Source: Dehalococcoidia bacterium
Lineage (GTDB): Bacteria > Chloroflexota > Dehalococcoidia > Lucifugimonadales > UBA2985
Assembly (NCBI GenBank): GCA_034423135.1
Contig: DAOUJC010000004.1
Span: forward strand, 65,738 to 129,737
Reading direction: 5' to 3'
DNA: 64,000 nucleotides
Part shown: positions 48,822-59,134 of the stretch, piece by piece
Layout: every line of letters starts with the position of its first letter
How positions within the stretch are numbered: position 1 is the first letter of the stretch
Notes under the pieces: generated by a model
What the model was told of the DNA's origin: nothing
Seen by the model: only the letters and a program-made list of their open reading frames with translations
Databases searched by the model: none
Program-made: the position numbers and the translations under genes

Positions 48822-49964
48822 ATGCGGGTCCTCTTCACGGGGCAGACCGGCATCGACAAGAAGGCCCAGCTACAGGCCCTGAGCGAGTTTTGCGCCCAGA
48901 AGGGCCGGAGCATCCAGGCGATCTTCAACATCGGCGACATCATGTACGCCGAGAGCCGCCGGTCAGGCCTCCGCCTTGCCGAGGGCAAGATCCTCGACTT
49001 GCCGCTCGCGCAGCTTGGCGCTCTGCGCCGGTCGGCGTTCAACGTGGTGCGCAACGAGGTCGCGGACAAGACGAACGTGCTGGTGAACTCCCACGCGGTG
49101 TTTCGGTGGAACAACCGCCTGTTCCGGGCCTTCGAGTTGCCGGAGGTGAGGGACCTGGCGCCGGACGCCATCGTCACTCTCATCGACGACGTGGAGGCCG
49201 TCAAGCTGAGACTCGACCGGTTCAAGGAGTCGGGCGACCTGCCGCCGGATACTCGCTACAGCCTCAAGGACCTGTTGGTCTGGCGGGAGGAGGAGATGCT
49301 GGCGTCCGAGATTCTTGCCTCATTTCTGGAGACACCCCACTACGTGCTGGGCGTCTCGCTCGAGGATGAGGTATCGACTATGCCGCTGGACGTGATGTAC
49401 AGCATGATGTTCGAGCCGTGGAAGAAGACCACGTACGTCAGCTATCCCATCAGCGGTGCGCGTTCCAGGCCGGACGTCTGGGAGAAGGTTGTCGAGTATC
49501 GCAGGCTGGCCAGAAAGTACCTCACGGCCTTCGACCCGCTGATGATTGACGAGAAGCGGCTGGTTGAGCTCGCGCATCGGACCGCTGACGGCACGGACGA
49601 GGTGGAGTGCACGGCGCTGGGGCAGACGGTTAGGCTGAGCCGCCGGGAGATCGAGGCCATCGCTTATGACATCGACGGGCAGATAGTGGCCCGGGACTAC
49701 AAGCTGATAGACCAGTCCGAGATGATCGTGGCCTACTTCCCCGTGGACGCGTCCGGTGAGCCGCTGATCGCAGGCGGCGTGCAGTCCGAGATCGAGTACG
49801 CTGCCGCATCCACCAAGAAGGTGGTCATACTTTGGGAGGCCTCCCGCGATCCAACGCCCTTCATCGGCCAGAGGGGCGACGTTATCGTGAGAAGCATGGA
49901 GGAGCTGGAGGAGCACCTGCGGTCGATAAGTGAGCAGCCGGGCCAAAGAGAGATGCAACTGTAA
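48822..49964 (+). CDS. fusion protein: archaeal-adenylate-kinase-like domain with degenerate P-loop plus nucleoside 2-deoxyribosyltransferase-like domain
   Basis: AAGGAGA precedes the ATG at 48822. The N-terminal half has MRVLFTGQTGIDKK, VNSHAVFRWNNRLFRAFELPEV..DAIVTLIDD and LLVWREEEMLASE. The C-terminal half has TYVSYPISGAR and MIVAYFPVDASGEPLIAGGVQSEIEYAAASTKKVVILW. Both domain calls are by eye. Confidence 0.55.
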   Translation: MRVLFTGQTGIDKKAQLQALSEFCAQKGRSIQAIFNIGDIMYAESRRSGLRLAEGKILDLPLAQLGALRRSAFNVVRNEVADKTNVLVNSHAVFRWNNRLFRAFELPEVRDLAPDAIVTLIDDVEAVKLRLDRFKESGDLPPDTRYSLKDLLVWREEEMLASEILASFLETPHYVLGVSLEDEVSTMPLDVMYSMMFEPWKKTTYVSYPISGARSRPDVWEKVVEYRRLARKYLTAFDPLMIDEKRLVELAHRTADGTDEVECTALGQTVRLSRREIEAIAYDIDGQIVARDYKLIDQSEMIVAYFPVDASGEPLIAGGVQSEIEYAAASTKKVVILWEASRDPTPFIGQRGDVIVRSMEELEEHLRSISEQPGQREMQL

Positions 49965-50047
49965 CCGTCCTGCTTGGCCCGCATTGACGGCGGGCTGGTA
50001 CAATGGTGATGGTCGGTCCCATAGCGCATTGAGATGAGGCGATTGCC

Positions 50048-51853
50048 ATGACGGCTGTGCAGGACGTAAAGAGCCGGGCGGACATCGTGGAGGTGGTCTC
50101 GGAGCACGTGACGCTCCAGAAGGCGGGGCGCAACTTCAAGGCCAACTGCCCGTTCCACGCGGAGAGGACGCCGTCCTTCATCGTGTTCCCGGAGCGGCAG
50201 TCGTGGCGCTGCTTTGGCGCGTGCGCGACCGGCGGCGACGTCATCACCTTCGTGATGAAGGCCGAGAACCAGGACTTCGCGCAAGCGCTTGCCTCACTGG
50301 CGCAGCGCACCGGCGTACAGCTGCCGTCGCGGGAGGCGAGAAGCCGCCACGATGCGCTGTACCGGCTCAACGATGAGGCCTACGACTACTTCCGCGTAGT
50401 GCTTGGGTCGCAGGAGGGAGCGCAGGCGCGGGAGTACCTGCGCCGGAGGGGCATCGACAACGAAACGGCTGAGCGGTTCGGGCTTGGCCTGAGCCCCGGC
50501 GGCCGCGAGGCGCTTCTGCGCCACCTGCTCGGCAAAGGCCACTCGGAGGAGGAGGCCGTGGCTGTGGGCCTGGCGACACGCTCCGGGGCCGGCGGCGTGA
50601 TGGACCTGTTCCACAGGCGGCTGATGTTCCCGATCCTGGACTCTTCAGGCCGTGTGGCCGGTTTCGGCGGGAGGGCGCTGGACGACGGAACACCCAAGTA
50701 CCTCAACACGCCGCGTACACCGGTGTTCGACAAGGGGGGCATCCTCTACGGCCTTTCTATGGCGCGAGAGAGCATCGGCAGCTCCGGCAGAGCGGTAATC
50801 GTCGAGGGATACATGGACGTGATAGCCGCGCACCAGCACGGCTACACCAACGTGGTGGCCTCCATGGGCACGGCGCTGACTGAGCAGCAGGTGGGCCTGC
50901 TCAGGAACGTGACCGCCAACATCGTGCAGGCGCTTGATCCCGACAACGCAGGCAGGGAGGCTACGCTCCGCAGCCTGGAGTCGTCGTGGCGCGCGCTGCA
51001 GATCGACTACCTGCGGGCCGGAGGCCGCAGCGGGATTGTTTTTAGCCAGCGCCATCTGAGCGCGTCGCTGAGGGTTGCGCCGTTGCCGACCGGCCGCGAC
51101 CCGGACGAGCTCATACGCTCGGACGCACCCGAATGGGAGAGGCTCGTCGCGGAGGCGCAGCCCCTGATGGACTTCCTCATGGACGCGCTCCCGCCGCGGT
51201 TCGACATGGGCACCGACGACGGCAGAAGGCAGCTCCTGGACGCGCTTGCGCCGTTCATCAGGAGCGAGAGCAACCCATTCACGTTTCGGCGGTACCTCCG
51301 CCGCCTCTCGGAGACCGTCGGGCTGAGCGAGACGGAGCTGGAGCGGTACGTGTGGCGTGCGCAGCGGCGCCCGGACGGCAGGACGGCGAGGCGTGCTGCG
51401 TCGGCTGGATCGGCAGGCGCACCCCCGCCGGTCAGCCTGGAGGAACACTGCCTCTCGCTGTTGCTCAGGCACCCCGAGCTGAGGGAGAGGGGAGTCGACA
51501 TTTCGCCCGACTACTTCGAGCAGTCGGAGAACAGGGACGTCTTCACAAGATGGCTTGCCTGTGATACAATAGAGGAGATTGGTGGGAGTGTGCCCGTTGA
51601 CCTCGCCGATCATCTGCGGGCCCTCCTGAACTCCGAGGCGCCTCCCCTGAACATCAAGGAGCGGGAGAGGAGTCTCCAAGCGGTGGTCAACCGCCTGAAG
51701 GAGCGGTACTTCAAGGTACAGGAGCTTGCCCTGTTGGAGGCGTTGGAGGACGCGGACTGGAAGGACATCGCCGGGCTTGAGCAGTCCCAGGACAGGGCAC
51801 GGGAAATCAACCAGCAGCTGAAGGAGCTGTACTCCGGCACGGACTCCGGATAG
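50048..51853 (+). CDS. dnaG: DNA primase
   Basis: Zinc finger [11 protein letters not shown]...CFGCATGGD, and [17 protein letters not shown]. Confidence 0.95.
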   Translation: MTAVQDVKSRADIVEVVSEHVTLQKAGRNFKANCPFHAERTPSFIVFPERQSWRCFGACATGGDVITFVMKAENQDFAQALASLAQRTGVQLPSREARSRHDALYRLNDEAYDYFRVVLGSQEGAQAREYLRRRGIDNETAERFGLGLSPGGREALLRHLLGKGHSEEEAVAVGLATRSGAGGVMDLFHRRLMFPILDSSGRVAGFGGRALDDGTPKYLNTPRTPVFDKGGILYGLSMARESIGSSGRAVIVEGYMDVIAAHQHGYTNVVASMGTALTEQQVGLLRNVTANIVQALDPDNAGREATLRSLESSWRALQIDYLRAGGRSGIVFSQRHLSASLRVAPLPTGRDPDELIRSDAPEWERLVAEAQPLMDFLMDALPPRFDMGTDDGRRQLLDALAPFIRSESNPFTFRRYLRRLSETVGLSETELERYVWRAQRRPDGRTARRAASAGSAGAPPPVSLEEHCLSLLLRHPELRERGVDISPDYFEQSENRDVFTRWLACDTIEEIGGSVPVDLADHLRALLNSEAPPLNIKERERSLQAVVNRLKERYFKVQELALLEALEDADWKDIAGLEQSQDRAREINQQLKELYSGTDSG

Positions 51854-51869
51854 CGCACGAGATGGAGAT

Positions 51870-53426
51870 ATGGTAAGAGATAGAAGCAACGAGATGGATG
51901 TGACACCGGAAGAGGAAGAGTCCAACTCCGACAATATGATGACGACGGTGGGCTCCATCAGGGAGGACCCCAAGGAGCTCGGCATCAACATCACCCCGGC
52001 CCCGGGCGACGGCGATGGCGACGCCAACGGCCACGCGCTTCCAACCTCCCTCGCCAAGGTCGAGTTGGAGGAGCTGAGCGAAGAGGCCGAGGCGGAAGCG
52101 GAGGGCGAGGTCGAGGTGGAGGTTGAGCCGGACCTCGCCAACCTGGACATGATCGACGATCCGGTCCGCATGTATCTTCGCGAGATCGGACGCGTCCACC
52201 TGCTGACCGCGAGCGACGAGCGCAGCCTCGCGCGGCGCATGGAGTGCGGCATCCAGGTGAAGGCGCTGGAGAAGGACGTCAGCGTCCAGGGCGGCTGGGA
52301 GCCCAAGGCCTACGAGGTGGTGCACCTGCTGCTCAGCCGGCTGGCGCACGCTTCCTTCCTGGCGGACGCGCTGGGCGATAAGCTGGATATTCCGGGTGGC
52401 GTGAGCCTGTGGCACCTGCGCTCCGACCCGACGATGCTCGGCGCCATCGACAGCGAGATAAACCCGGACATGGTCGCGGAGCTGGCCATGAAGCTGGAGT
52501 GCCCGGCGGAGGAAGTGCGCAACGGTCTGCTCCAGCTGTCAGTAAACAGCCGGATTGTGCCGCCCGAGGCTCTGGAGGCGGTGGGCGCGGCCATGCCGCT
52601 CGCCCAGCTGCCCAGCATTCTGAGCGATCAGGACCTCATCCGTGACCTGCGGGTGAGCGAGTCGGCCATGAGGTCCTACCTGAACTCGGTTGTGGAGGAG
52701 GGCCACAAGGCGCAGCGACACCTCGCCGAGGCCAACCTTCGCCTGGTGGTCAGCGTGGCCAAGAAGTACATCGGACGGGGCATGTCCCTGCTGGACCTGG
52801 TGCAGGAGGGGAACATCGGCCTCATCCGCGCCGTCGAGAAGTTCGACTATCGCAAGGGGTACAAGTTCAGCACGTACGCCACGTGGTGGATTCGCCAGGC
52901 GATAACTAGGGCCATCGCCGACCAGGCCCGCACCATTCGCATCCCCGTCCACATGGTGGAGACCATCAACAAGCTCATGCGGACCAGCCGCCGGCTGGTG
53001 CAGGAGTTCGGGCGCGAGCCGACCAGCGAGGAGATCGGGCTGGACATGGACGTGACCCCGGAGAAGGTACGCGAGATTCTCAAGATTTCGCAGGAGCCGG
53101 TGTCGCTGGAGACGCCCATAGGCGAGGAAGAGGACAACCACCTGGGCGACTTCATCGAGGACCGCGGCGCCATTGCGCCCGCGGACGCCGCATCCTACCA
53201 GCTGCTCAAGGAGCTTGTGGAGGACGTGCTGGACACGCTCAACCTCCGCGAGCGGCGAGTGCTCCAGCTCCGGTTTGGGCTGGAGGACGGGCGCAGCCGC
53301 ACGCTGGAGGAGGTGGGCCGGGAGTTCGGCGTGACGCGCGAGCGCATACGCCAGATCGAGGCCAAGGCCCTGCGAAAGCTCCGCCATCCTTCTCGCTCCC
53401 GGAAGCTCAAGGATTTTTTGGAGTAG
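51870..53426 (+). CDS. rpoD: RNA polymerase primary sigma factor
   Basis: Acidic N-terminal region. Region 2 [32 protein letters not shown]. Region 4.2 [30 protein letters not shown]. Confidence 0.96.
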   Translation: MVRDRSNEMDVTPEEEESNSDNMMTTVGSIREDPKELGINITPAPGDGDGDANGHALPTSLAKVELEELSEEAEAEAEGEVEVEVEPDLANLDMIDDPVRMYLREIGRVHLLTASDERSLARRMECGIQVKALEKDVSVQGGWEPKAYEVVHLLLSRLAHASFLADALGDKLDIPGGVSLWHLRSDPTMLGAIDSEINPDMVAELAMKLECPAEEVRNGLLQLSVNSRIVPPEALEAVGAAMPLAQLPSILSDQDLIRDLRVSESAMRSYLNSVVEEGHKAQRHLAEANLRLVVSVAKKYIGRGMSLLDLVQEGNIGLIRAVEKFDYRKGYKFSTYATWWIRQAITRAIADQARTIRIPVHMVETINKLMRTSRRLVQEFGREPTSEEIGLDMDVTPEKVREILKISQEPVSLETPIGEEEDNHLGDFIEDRGAIAPADAASYQLLKELVEDVLDTLNLRERRVLQLRFGLEDGRSRTLEEVGREFGVTRERIRQIEAKALRKLRHPSRSRKLKDFLE

Positions 53427-53536
53427 GGCGAAGGGGGGACGATTGTCCTTAACTTGAGTGACATTCCCACGTCCATAGGGGTTGCGGAAGGTAGAGGGCA
53501 TCGCAAGAGATATCGGGTTCCAAAGAGATCGTCAGC

Positions 53537-55909
53537 ATGCGAAGTCTCCTCAAGCCGGTTGTCGGAATCGGGTTGTTGTGCGTCTTGGCGTCGATGCTGC
53601 TGTCGGCATGTGATTCCCCGTCTGAGCCTGCTAAGTCAACGCCCGGGGCCTCCTCAACTCCCACGCACGAGCCGGTCCCATCTCCGACACCACAGCCGAC
53701 TCCCACACTGCGTCAGGTTCCCACGCCTGAGCCGGTTGCGACGCCGACTCTCGCACCGGAGCCTCCGTCCACACAGCAGGCGACGCCGAGGCTATACTCC
53801 ACTCCCCAGCCACTTCCTACGCCAACGCTGACACCAGAGCCGACTTCCACGCCGCCGCCACTTCCTACGCCAACGCCGTGGGTCTGGCCGACAATTGCGC
53901 CCACGCCTACTCAGATTCCTGGAGGTTCCGCTTCAATAAGCGCGTTGCCTTGGATTGCGAATGGAGTCATCCCAGAGGAAGAGTACGCTGCCGACGCCCT
54001 GAGGACCATATCCGCCATCGACCGGGAAGTGGCTGCTCTTCTCATGGGCTTCCCTTGGGTCGTGACAGGCGAATTGAGCGAGCCTGCACGGGGGTCCATC
54101 ACCCTCGTTCGCGACATTATGGAAGATCACCCGGACTTGGCGAACGAGGTGCTTGCCTTCGGGTGGGTGCGCGACAACATCACGGAGGCAGAGAGCAGAG
54201 CCATGACCTCCATTCGAGACATAGCAAATAATGACTTGGAATTAGCCTGGCATGTTATCAGATCACCGTTCTTGGAGACCCCATTTTTGCAGAGGGACCA
54301 ATATGCCTTAGAGAGCCTATGGCACTGGTCCCTCTCCGGCCTGCCCGAGGGAATAGTATTCTCAGGCGGCGGAGTGGACATTGACGCAGATACGCGTGTG
54401 GAATCTCCGGATGACGACTACTACTCGGAGGGTTCGGCTCTGCTGGCCCAACTCGCTTCCCAATCTTGGTTTAATGACGGCATTGATGACCTTGATGCGG
54501 CTCTCTTGCATGCGCTAAAGTACGAGACAGGTGGGATGAAGCAATCCCTTGTTGAGACTGCCCACGTGTCATCGACAACACTTCACCTTCCGTTTTCGGG
54601 CACGGTGGGACTTGCTGTTGTGAGGCACACTCCGTTCCCGCCGGACGACTACACGCTCGCAGCGATGGAAAAAGGCCTGCGAGTTATGGAAGACTTCATG
54701 GGTGTGCGGTTGCCCGTGGATGACGTCATACTACTCGTTGTTGAGCCCGGAAATCTGGGCGTAAAGGGAACACACATCCAGTGGTGCGGCGGTAGGAACA
54801 ACGTAGACCCGTGCTATTTGTCGGCAATCATCATGGTTGAGAACCCCGGTTTTGGCCCTCCGCTCAATACAATCTATCATGAACTGGCCCATCATTATCT
54901 CGTGAACGGATCCAGATGGCTGCGAGAGGGCGTGGCAAATTTCCTGGAAGCTTACGTCCTGGCCCAAACTGGAGGACCACAGTTGGATGAGAGGCTAGCG
55001 TACTTGGAGTCCAGAGAGGGATGTCTTGACAACATCTGGCAGCACGTCAATCCCTACCGAGGAGGGCAATGCGACTATAGGCTGGGCGAGAAGTTCATGC
55101 TTGGCATGCATGCGGCCCTGGGAACGGAGGCTGTATCGGCGGCCCTGAGGGATCTGTATGCTCAATCTTTCCTCTTGGAAAATCCCAACCACGACAGCAT
55201 ATACCATGCCTTCTTGTCCAATGCGCCTTCCGATAAAGAAGAGGCTTTCAAGGCCGCCTATCGTCGCTACCACGGCGGTCCTATCCGTCTACCCGGCCCC
55301 GACTCTCCAGAATATGCCCCATTGATGGCGCTGTATCATGCTGCCGACGGGGACAATTGGCTGAACAATACAAACTGGGGCAGCGATGCACCCCTGGGAG
55401 CATGGCACGGGGTTTATACCAACGCCAAGGGACAGGTCACGGGTCTAAATCTCTCCAAGAATGGTCTCACAGGTCACATACCGCCTGAGCTAGCTGACCT
55501 GCCGGACCTGATAGGATTGCTTCTTCGAGAGAACGCGCTTACCGGTGAGATCCCTTCCGAACTTGGTAAGCTGACCAATCTAGACCAATTGGTTCTCTCT
55601 CGGAACCAACTGCACGGAGAGATTCCTGCGGAACTAGGTAACCTCACTAGACTCAGGGAACTAGGCTTGAGTTGGAACCAGTTGACCGGCGGGATCCCTG
55701 CCGCGCTCGGTAAACTCACATCTCTCAGGTCGCTCACGCTTCAAGGAAGCAACCGGCTTACCGGAGACATACCCCCGGAACTCGGCAATCTCACAAACCT
55801 AGAGGTTCTGTGGCTTGGGGGAAGCCGGTTCACCGGTTGCATTCCTAACGAGTTGCCGGAGATATGGGTTAGAGCGACAAGGCTGGAGCGATGCGCGCCG
55901 GCAAGCTAG
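53537..55909 (+). CDS. lipoprotein with PT-rich linker, HExxH metallopeptidase-like domain and C-terminal plant-type leucine-rich repeats
   Basis: Lipobox LLSAC (Cys25). A Pro/Thr-rich linker occupies roughly aa 30-125. YHELAHH is at nt 54878-54892, followed by WLREGVANFLE. From aa 637 (nt 55445) there are six repeats of 24-25 aa, LxLxxNxLTGxIPxELGxLxxL, preceded by an LRR N-cap-like NWLNNTNWGSDAPLGAWHGV. Confidence 0.8.
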   Translation: MRSLLKPVVGIGLLCVLASMLLSACDSPSEPAKSTPGASSTPTHEPVPSPTPQPTPTLRQVPTPEPVATPTLAPEPPSTQQATPRLYSTPQPLPTPTLTPEPTSTPPPLPTPTPWVWPTIAPTPTQIPGGSASISALPWIANGVIPEEEYAADALRTISAIDREVAALLMGFPWVVTGELSEPARGSITLVRDIMEDHPDLANEVLAFGWVRDNITEAESRAMTSIRDIANNDLELAWHVIRSPFLETPFLQRDQYALESLWHWSLSGLPEGIVFSGGGVDIDADTRVESPDDDYYSEGSALLAQLASQSWFNDGIDDLDAALLHALKYETGGMKQSLVETAHVSSTTLHLPFSGTVGLAVVRHTPFPPDDYTLAAMEKGLRVMEDFMGVRLPVDDVILLVVEPGNLGVKGTHIQWCGGRNNVDPCYLSAIIMVENPGFGPPLNTIYHELAHHYLVNGSRWLREGVANFLEAYVLAQTGGPQLDERLAYLESREGCLDNIWQHVNPYRGGQCDYRLGEKFMLGMHAALGTEAVSAALRDLYAQSFLLENPNHDSIYHAFLSNAPSDKEEAFKAAYRRYHGGPIRLPGPDSPEYAPLMALYHAADGDNWLNNTNWGSDAPLGAWHGVYTNAKGQVTGLNLSKNGLTGHIPPELADLPDLIGLLLRENALTGEIPSELGKLTNLDQLVLSRNQLHGEIPAELGNLTRLRELGLSWNQLTGGIPAALGKLTSLRSLTLQGSNRLTGDIPPELGNLTNLEVLWLGGSRFTGCIPNELPEIWVRATRLERCAPAS

Positions 55910-55972
55910 GCAACTCGTGACGCCGTGGCGTCCAGATTCCCCGCCCCTGCGCCATGCACGCGGCCCCACCCC

Positions 55973-57244
55973 TCACCCCACCACGGACGTGAAGGTGCGC
56001 AGGAACTCCTCGTCCGACATGCCGGCGGCTGCGGCAAGACTGCTCAGCATCTCCTCATCCTCCAGGTCCTGCTGCTCCAGCCTGATCATGTACTCCCGCG
56101 CCGTCGCATAGTACGGCGAGTTCACGTCAACCAGGCGGACGCGCGTCCTGCCGGTGTCCGGGTCGCGCAGCTCGTGCATGGGCAGCGGGGTCAGGTCGCC
56201 GTTCTGAATGCAGATGAGCGCGCCCCGCGCCAGCTCCTCGCGCGGCTCCTCCGCGAGTATGCGCACGGCGCCCCAGCCAAGCGTGCGGGTGTAGTCGATG
56301 TCAAATGGCACAGGCGCGGCGGAGCGCAGCCCGTAGCCGATGGTTGAGTCTACCAGCTGTAGCGTCTCGCCGCGTTCGGCGAACCTGCGCTGCACCGAGT
56401 GGCGCAGGATCATGGCAAGCGGAATCTCCGCGAGGCGTATGTGGCCGTATGGGTCGCGGGTCACCTGTACGCCGGGCACCTGAGCCAACTCCTCCGGGTC
56501 AAGCCGGCTGCCTATGCCTTCCGCGACTACCAGCAGGCCGTGCTCCTGGCCCATGGCCCTGCGCTTGAGGATTGCTCCCTCCATTACCTTGCACACCTGG
56601 TCCAGCGAGAGGCTGGGCGTGGAAAACTCCTCCGGGATGATGGTGGCGGTGGCGCCGGCGGACTTGCCTATGCCTAGGGCCAGATGGCCGGCCGTGCGGC
56701 CCATCACCACAACCATGTACCACCGGTTGGTGGTGCGCGAGTCCTCCATCATGTTCAGCACGATCTCCGTGCCGACCTGCCGCGCCGTCTCGAAGCCGAA
56801 CGTGGGCATGCCGCCGGGCAACGGCAGGTCGTTGTCGATGGTCTTGGGGACGTGGACGACGCGAAGCGAGTCGTGGGAGACGCGCGCAACCTCGGAGGCG
56901 CCGAACGCAGTGTCGTCGCCGCCGATGGTGACCAGCCGTGTGACGCCCAGCTGCGCGAGAGTCCGGCCCACGCGCTCCAGGAGCTCCTCGCTGCGCGTGG
57001 GGTTGGAGCGGGACGTGCGCAGGACGCTGCCTCCCTGGAAGTGGATGCGCGACACGTCGGGGATCGTCAGCGGTTGCACGTGGTCGGTCCGGCCCTCGAT
57101 AAGGTGATGGAAGCCGTCGACGATGCCCAGCACTTCGAAGCCGGAGTTGATGGCCTCGATGGTGACAGAGCTGATGACGCTGTTGATTCCAGGCGCGGGG
57201 CCGCCGCCCACCAGGATACCGAGCTTCTCGCCGTTCGACGTCAT
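55973..57244 (-). CDS. pfp: pyrophosphate-dependent 6-phosphofructokinase
   Basis: GGGPAPGINSVI, IGGDDTAFGA (the Asp typical of PPi-type enzymes), PKTIDNDL and MGR motifs. Confidence 0.88.
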   Translation of the reverse strand: MTSNGEKLGILVGGGPAPGINSVISSVTIEAINSGFEVLGIVDGFHHLIEGRTDHVQPLTIPDVSRIHFQGGSVLRTSRSNPTRSEELLERVGRTLAQLGVTRLVTIGGDDTAFGASEVARVSHDSLRVVHVPKTIDNDLPLPGGMPTFGFETARQVGTEIVLNMMEDSRTTNRWYMVVVMGRTAGHLALGIGKSAGATATIIPEEFSTPSLSLDQVCKVMEGAILKRRAMGQEHGLLVVAEGIGSRLDPEELAQVPGVQVTRDPYGHIRLAEIPLAMILRHSVQRRFAERGETLQLVDSTIGYGLRSAAPVPFDIDYTRTLGWGAVRILAEEPREELARGALICIQNGDLTPLPMHELRDPDTGRTRVRLVDVNSPYYATAREYMIRLEQQDLEDEEMLSSLAAAAGMSDEEFLRTFTSVVG

Positions 57245-57279
57245 GGAACCCTCCTTGGAGTGTTGGTAATGCGGGGGGC

Positions 57280-58608
57280 CTACGGGGGTGAGTTGGCCAG
57301 GGTGAGGTAGGCGGCGCTCATCGCGGGAGCGTATGCGACGACGGCCGTCTCAGCCTTGACGTTGACCTGCCGCGCACCGGCGGTGCCTCTCAGCTGCTCG
57401 ATGCCGTCGATGTACATTGCGGTGCGCGTGCGCCCGCAGCCCAGATTGCCGCCGCCCGACAGGAACGGGTGTGGCCCCTCGACGCTGATGTCGCCCTTGA
57501 CGAAGTCCTTGGCCTCGCCCTCCTTCACGCCGTGCCACTCGAACGCCTCCAGCGCCAGCGGCATGAACGGCGAGAAGCCGTCGTACGGGTTGAAGATGTC
57601 CACTTCATCCGCGTGCAGGCCGGAGCCTTCGTAGACCATGGAGGCGATGGTGCGCTTGCCCTGCATCCACTCGTCCAGGGTCAAGTAGCTGCTCCTGGCG
57701 ACGTTGCCGCGGCCCTGGTTGTGGTTCAGCACGTAGACCGGCTTGTGGCGCATGTCCTTTGCGCGCTCCGCGGTGGTGAGCACGAATGCGCCCGCGGCGT
57801 TCACCGGCCTGTCGTAGTCCCAGATGCGTGCCGGCCACGCGATTGGCCTGGAGGCGAGGTAGTCCTCCAGGTTGAGGCCGGACGCGCCGTTGGTGGCGTA
57901 GAAGCCCCAGGAGGTCATCATGCCGTTGCGGTGCTCCGTGAGGATTAGCGGCGCCATCAGGTCCTCCCAGGTGGTGCCGTAACGGGCGCAGTACTGCTGA
58001 ATGGCGATCGTGCCGTCGATCTGGAGGGAAAGCGTGTTTGCGCCCCACGGGAACGTCCACTGGTTGGGGCCCTGCGCGTAGTCGGCGGCGTTGTCGCCGC
58101 CGCGGCGGTAGCGGCCCTCCAGGTTGTTGGCGGTGTAGATGTAGAGTGCGATTTCGCACTTGCCTTCCGCGACGGCCTGTGCGGCGAAGCCCAGGCCCTC
58201 GCCGATGTCCGGCAGCTGCTCCGGCGCGTACGTCACGCCGGTCAACTCAGGCATGTTGTTGAGCATCCACTTGCCGGTGACGACCGTCAGGCCGTCCTCC
58301 GAGTCGTAGGGAGGCGGGAAGTATGGGCGGTAGGGGCCCCAGCTGGCGGAGCTGCCGCCGTTGGCGCCCGCCATGTTGTTGGGGCACTGGAGCAGCCCGT
58401 CAACCTCTTCCGGCTTCACGCCCGCGTCCTCCAGCGCGCGCTGCGCCGCCAGGATGCAGAATGCGCCCAGCGTCCTGTCCATCGAAACGCCGTCCCATCG
58501 CCGATCCACCGGGGACATGCCCCAGCCCGTGATGGCAACCTTGCCCTGGTGCGGCCAGAGGCCAAGCCCAGGCCTGTCTCTTCTCCAACCGGTCTCTGCT
58601 GTGGTCAT
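57280..58608 (-). CDS. thiolase-like (SCP-x/Ltp-type) protein
   Basis: GGAGG precedes the ATG at 58608. The C-terminal pattern FLSGGGNLGCGRTRTAMYIDGIEQLRGTAGARQV resembles SCP2-type thiolases. I see no obvious nucleophile Cys in the expected context. The ORF extension to 58911 overlaps the DUF35 gene. Confidence 0.75.
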   Translation of the reverse strand: MTTAETGWRRDRPGLGLWPHQGKVAITGWGMSPVDRRWDGVSMDRTLGAFCILAAQRALEDAGVKPEEVDGLLQCPNNMAGANGGSSASWGPYRPYFPPPYDSEDGLTVVTGKWMLNNMPELTGVTYAPEQLPDIGEGLGFAAQAVAEGKCEIALYIYTANNLEGRYRRGGDNAADYAQGPNQWTFPWGANTLSLQIDGTIAIQQYCARYGTTWEDLMAPLILTEHRNGMMTSWGFYATNGASGLNLEDYLASRPIAWPARIWDYDRPVNAAGAFVLTTAERAKDMRHKPVYVLNHNQGRGNVARSSYLTLDEWMQGKRTIASMVYEGSGLHADEVDIFNPYDGFSPFMPLALEAFEWHGVKEGEAKDFVKGDISVEGPHPFLSGGGNLGCGRTRTAMYIDGIEQLRGTAGARQVNVKAETAVVAYAPAMSAAYLTLANSPP

Positions 58609-58658
58609 AGTTTTGTCCTCCGTACTGAATGAAGTTGGCGGTTCGAGGGCCGTCCGGC

Positions 58659-59066
58659 CTACTCGACCAGCTTCCACTCGTGGATTAGCTGCCCGGGGGC
58701 CACCTCTTCGAAGGTGACCTCTACGGCGGCTCCGATGGGCACCTGCCTCACCGGAACGCCCGGCAGGTTGGAAAAGAAGTTGATGCGCGGGTCCTCGTCC
58801 AGTTCGATGAAGGCCAGGTTGAAAGGCTGGTCCTCCACGCGCCGAGCCAGGTGGATGTCCATCATCACCACGTAGGTGGAGATGCGACCTCGGCCGCTGG
58901 TCTCCTTCCAACCCATGTTCTCGGAGTCGCAGTCCTGGCAGCGCGGCTTGGGTGGGTATTGCAGCGTGGGGCAGTCGTTGCAGCTCTGGACCATCAGCTT
59001 TCGCTCGTTGATGGCATCCCAGAACGGCTTGCTCACGTCGTCCGGAACCGGTATCAGCTTTGGCAT
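58659..59066 (-). CDS. DUF35 zinc-ribbon/OB-fold protein
   Basis: CNDCPTLQYPPKPRCQDC ribbon followed by an OB-fold region. It is the classic partner of SCP-x-type thiolases. Confidence 0.85.
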   Translation of the reverse strand: MPKLIPVPDDVSKPFWDAINERKLMVQSCNDCPTLQYPPKPRCQDCDSENMGWKETSGRGRISTYVVMMDIHLARRVEDQPFNLAFIELDEDPRINFFSNLPGVPVRQVPIGAAVEVTFEEVAPGQLIHEWKLVE

Positions 59067-59134
59067 GCCCAGTCTCCTTTCATGTGCAGCGGCGCATGGG
59101 TCGCGCTGGCTGGTTGGTACGCCGATCGCGGCTG

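Noticed and set aside
53640-53900. Pro/Thr-rich repetitive DNA as a possible tandem-repeat or contingency locus.
   Set aside because: Only one exact 19-bp duplication exists. The region is in frame within a long ORF and reads as an ordinary PT linker.
58609-58911. N-terminal extensions of ORF-track entries. Examples: thiolase to 58911, cysteine synthase to 25196, dapA to 10883, glmS from 46658, PAC2 from 17572, the nuclease to 21334, and copA to 8363.
   Set aside because: The extensions overlap upstream genes or promoters and encode low-complexity Arg/Pro-rich sequence. Internal starts with GGAGG-type ribosome-binding sites match the conserved N-termini.
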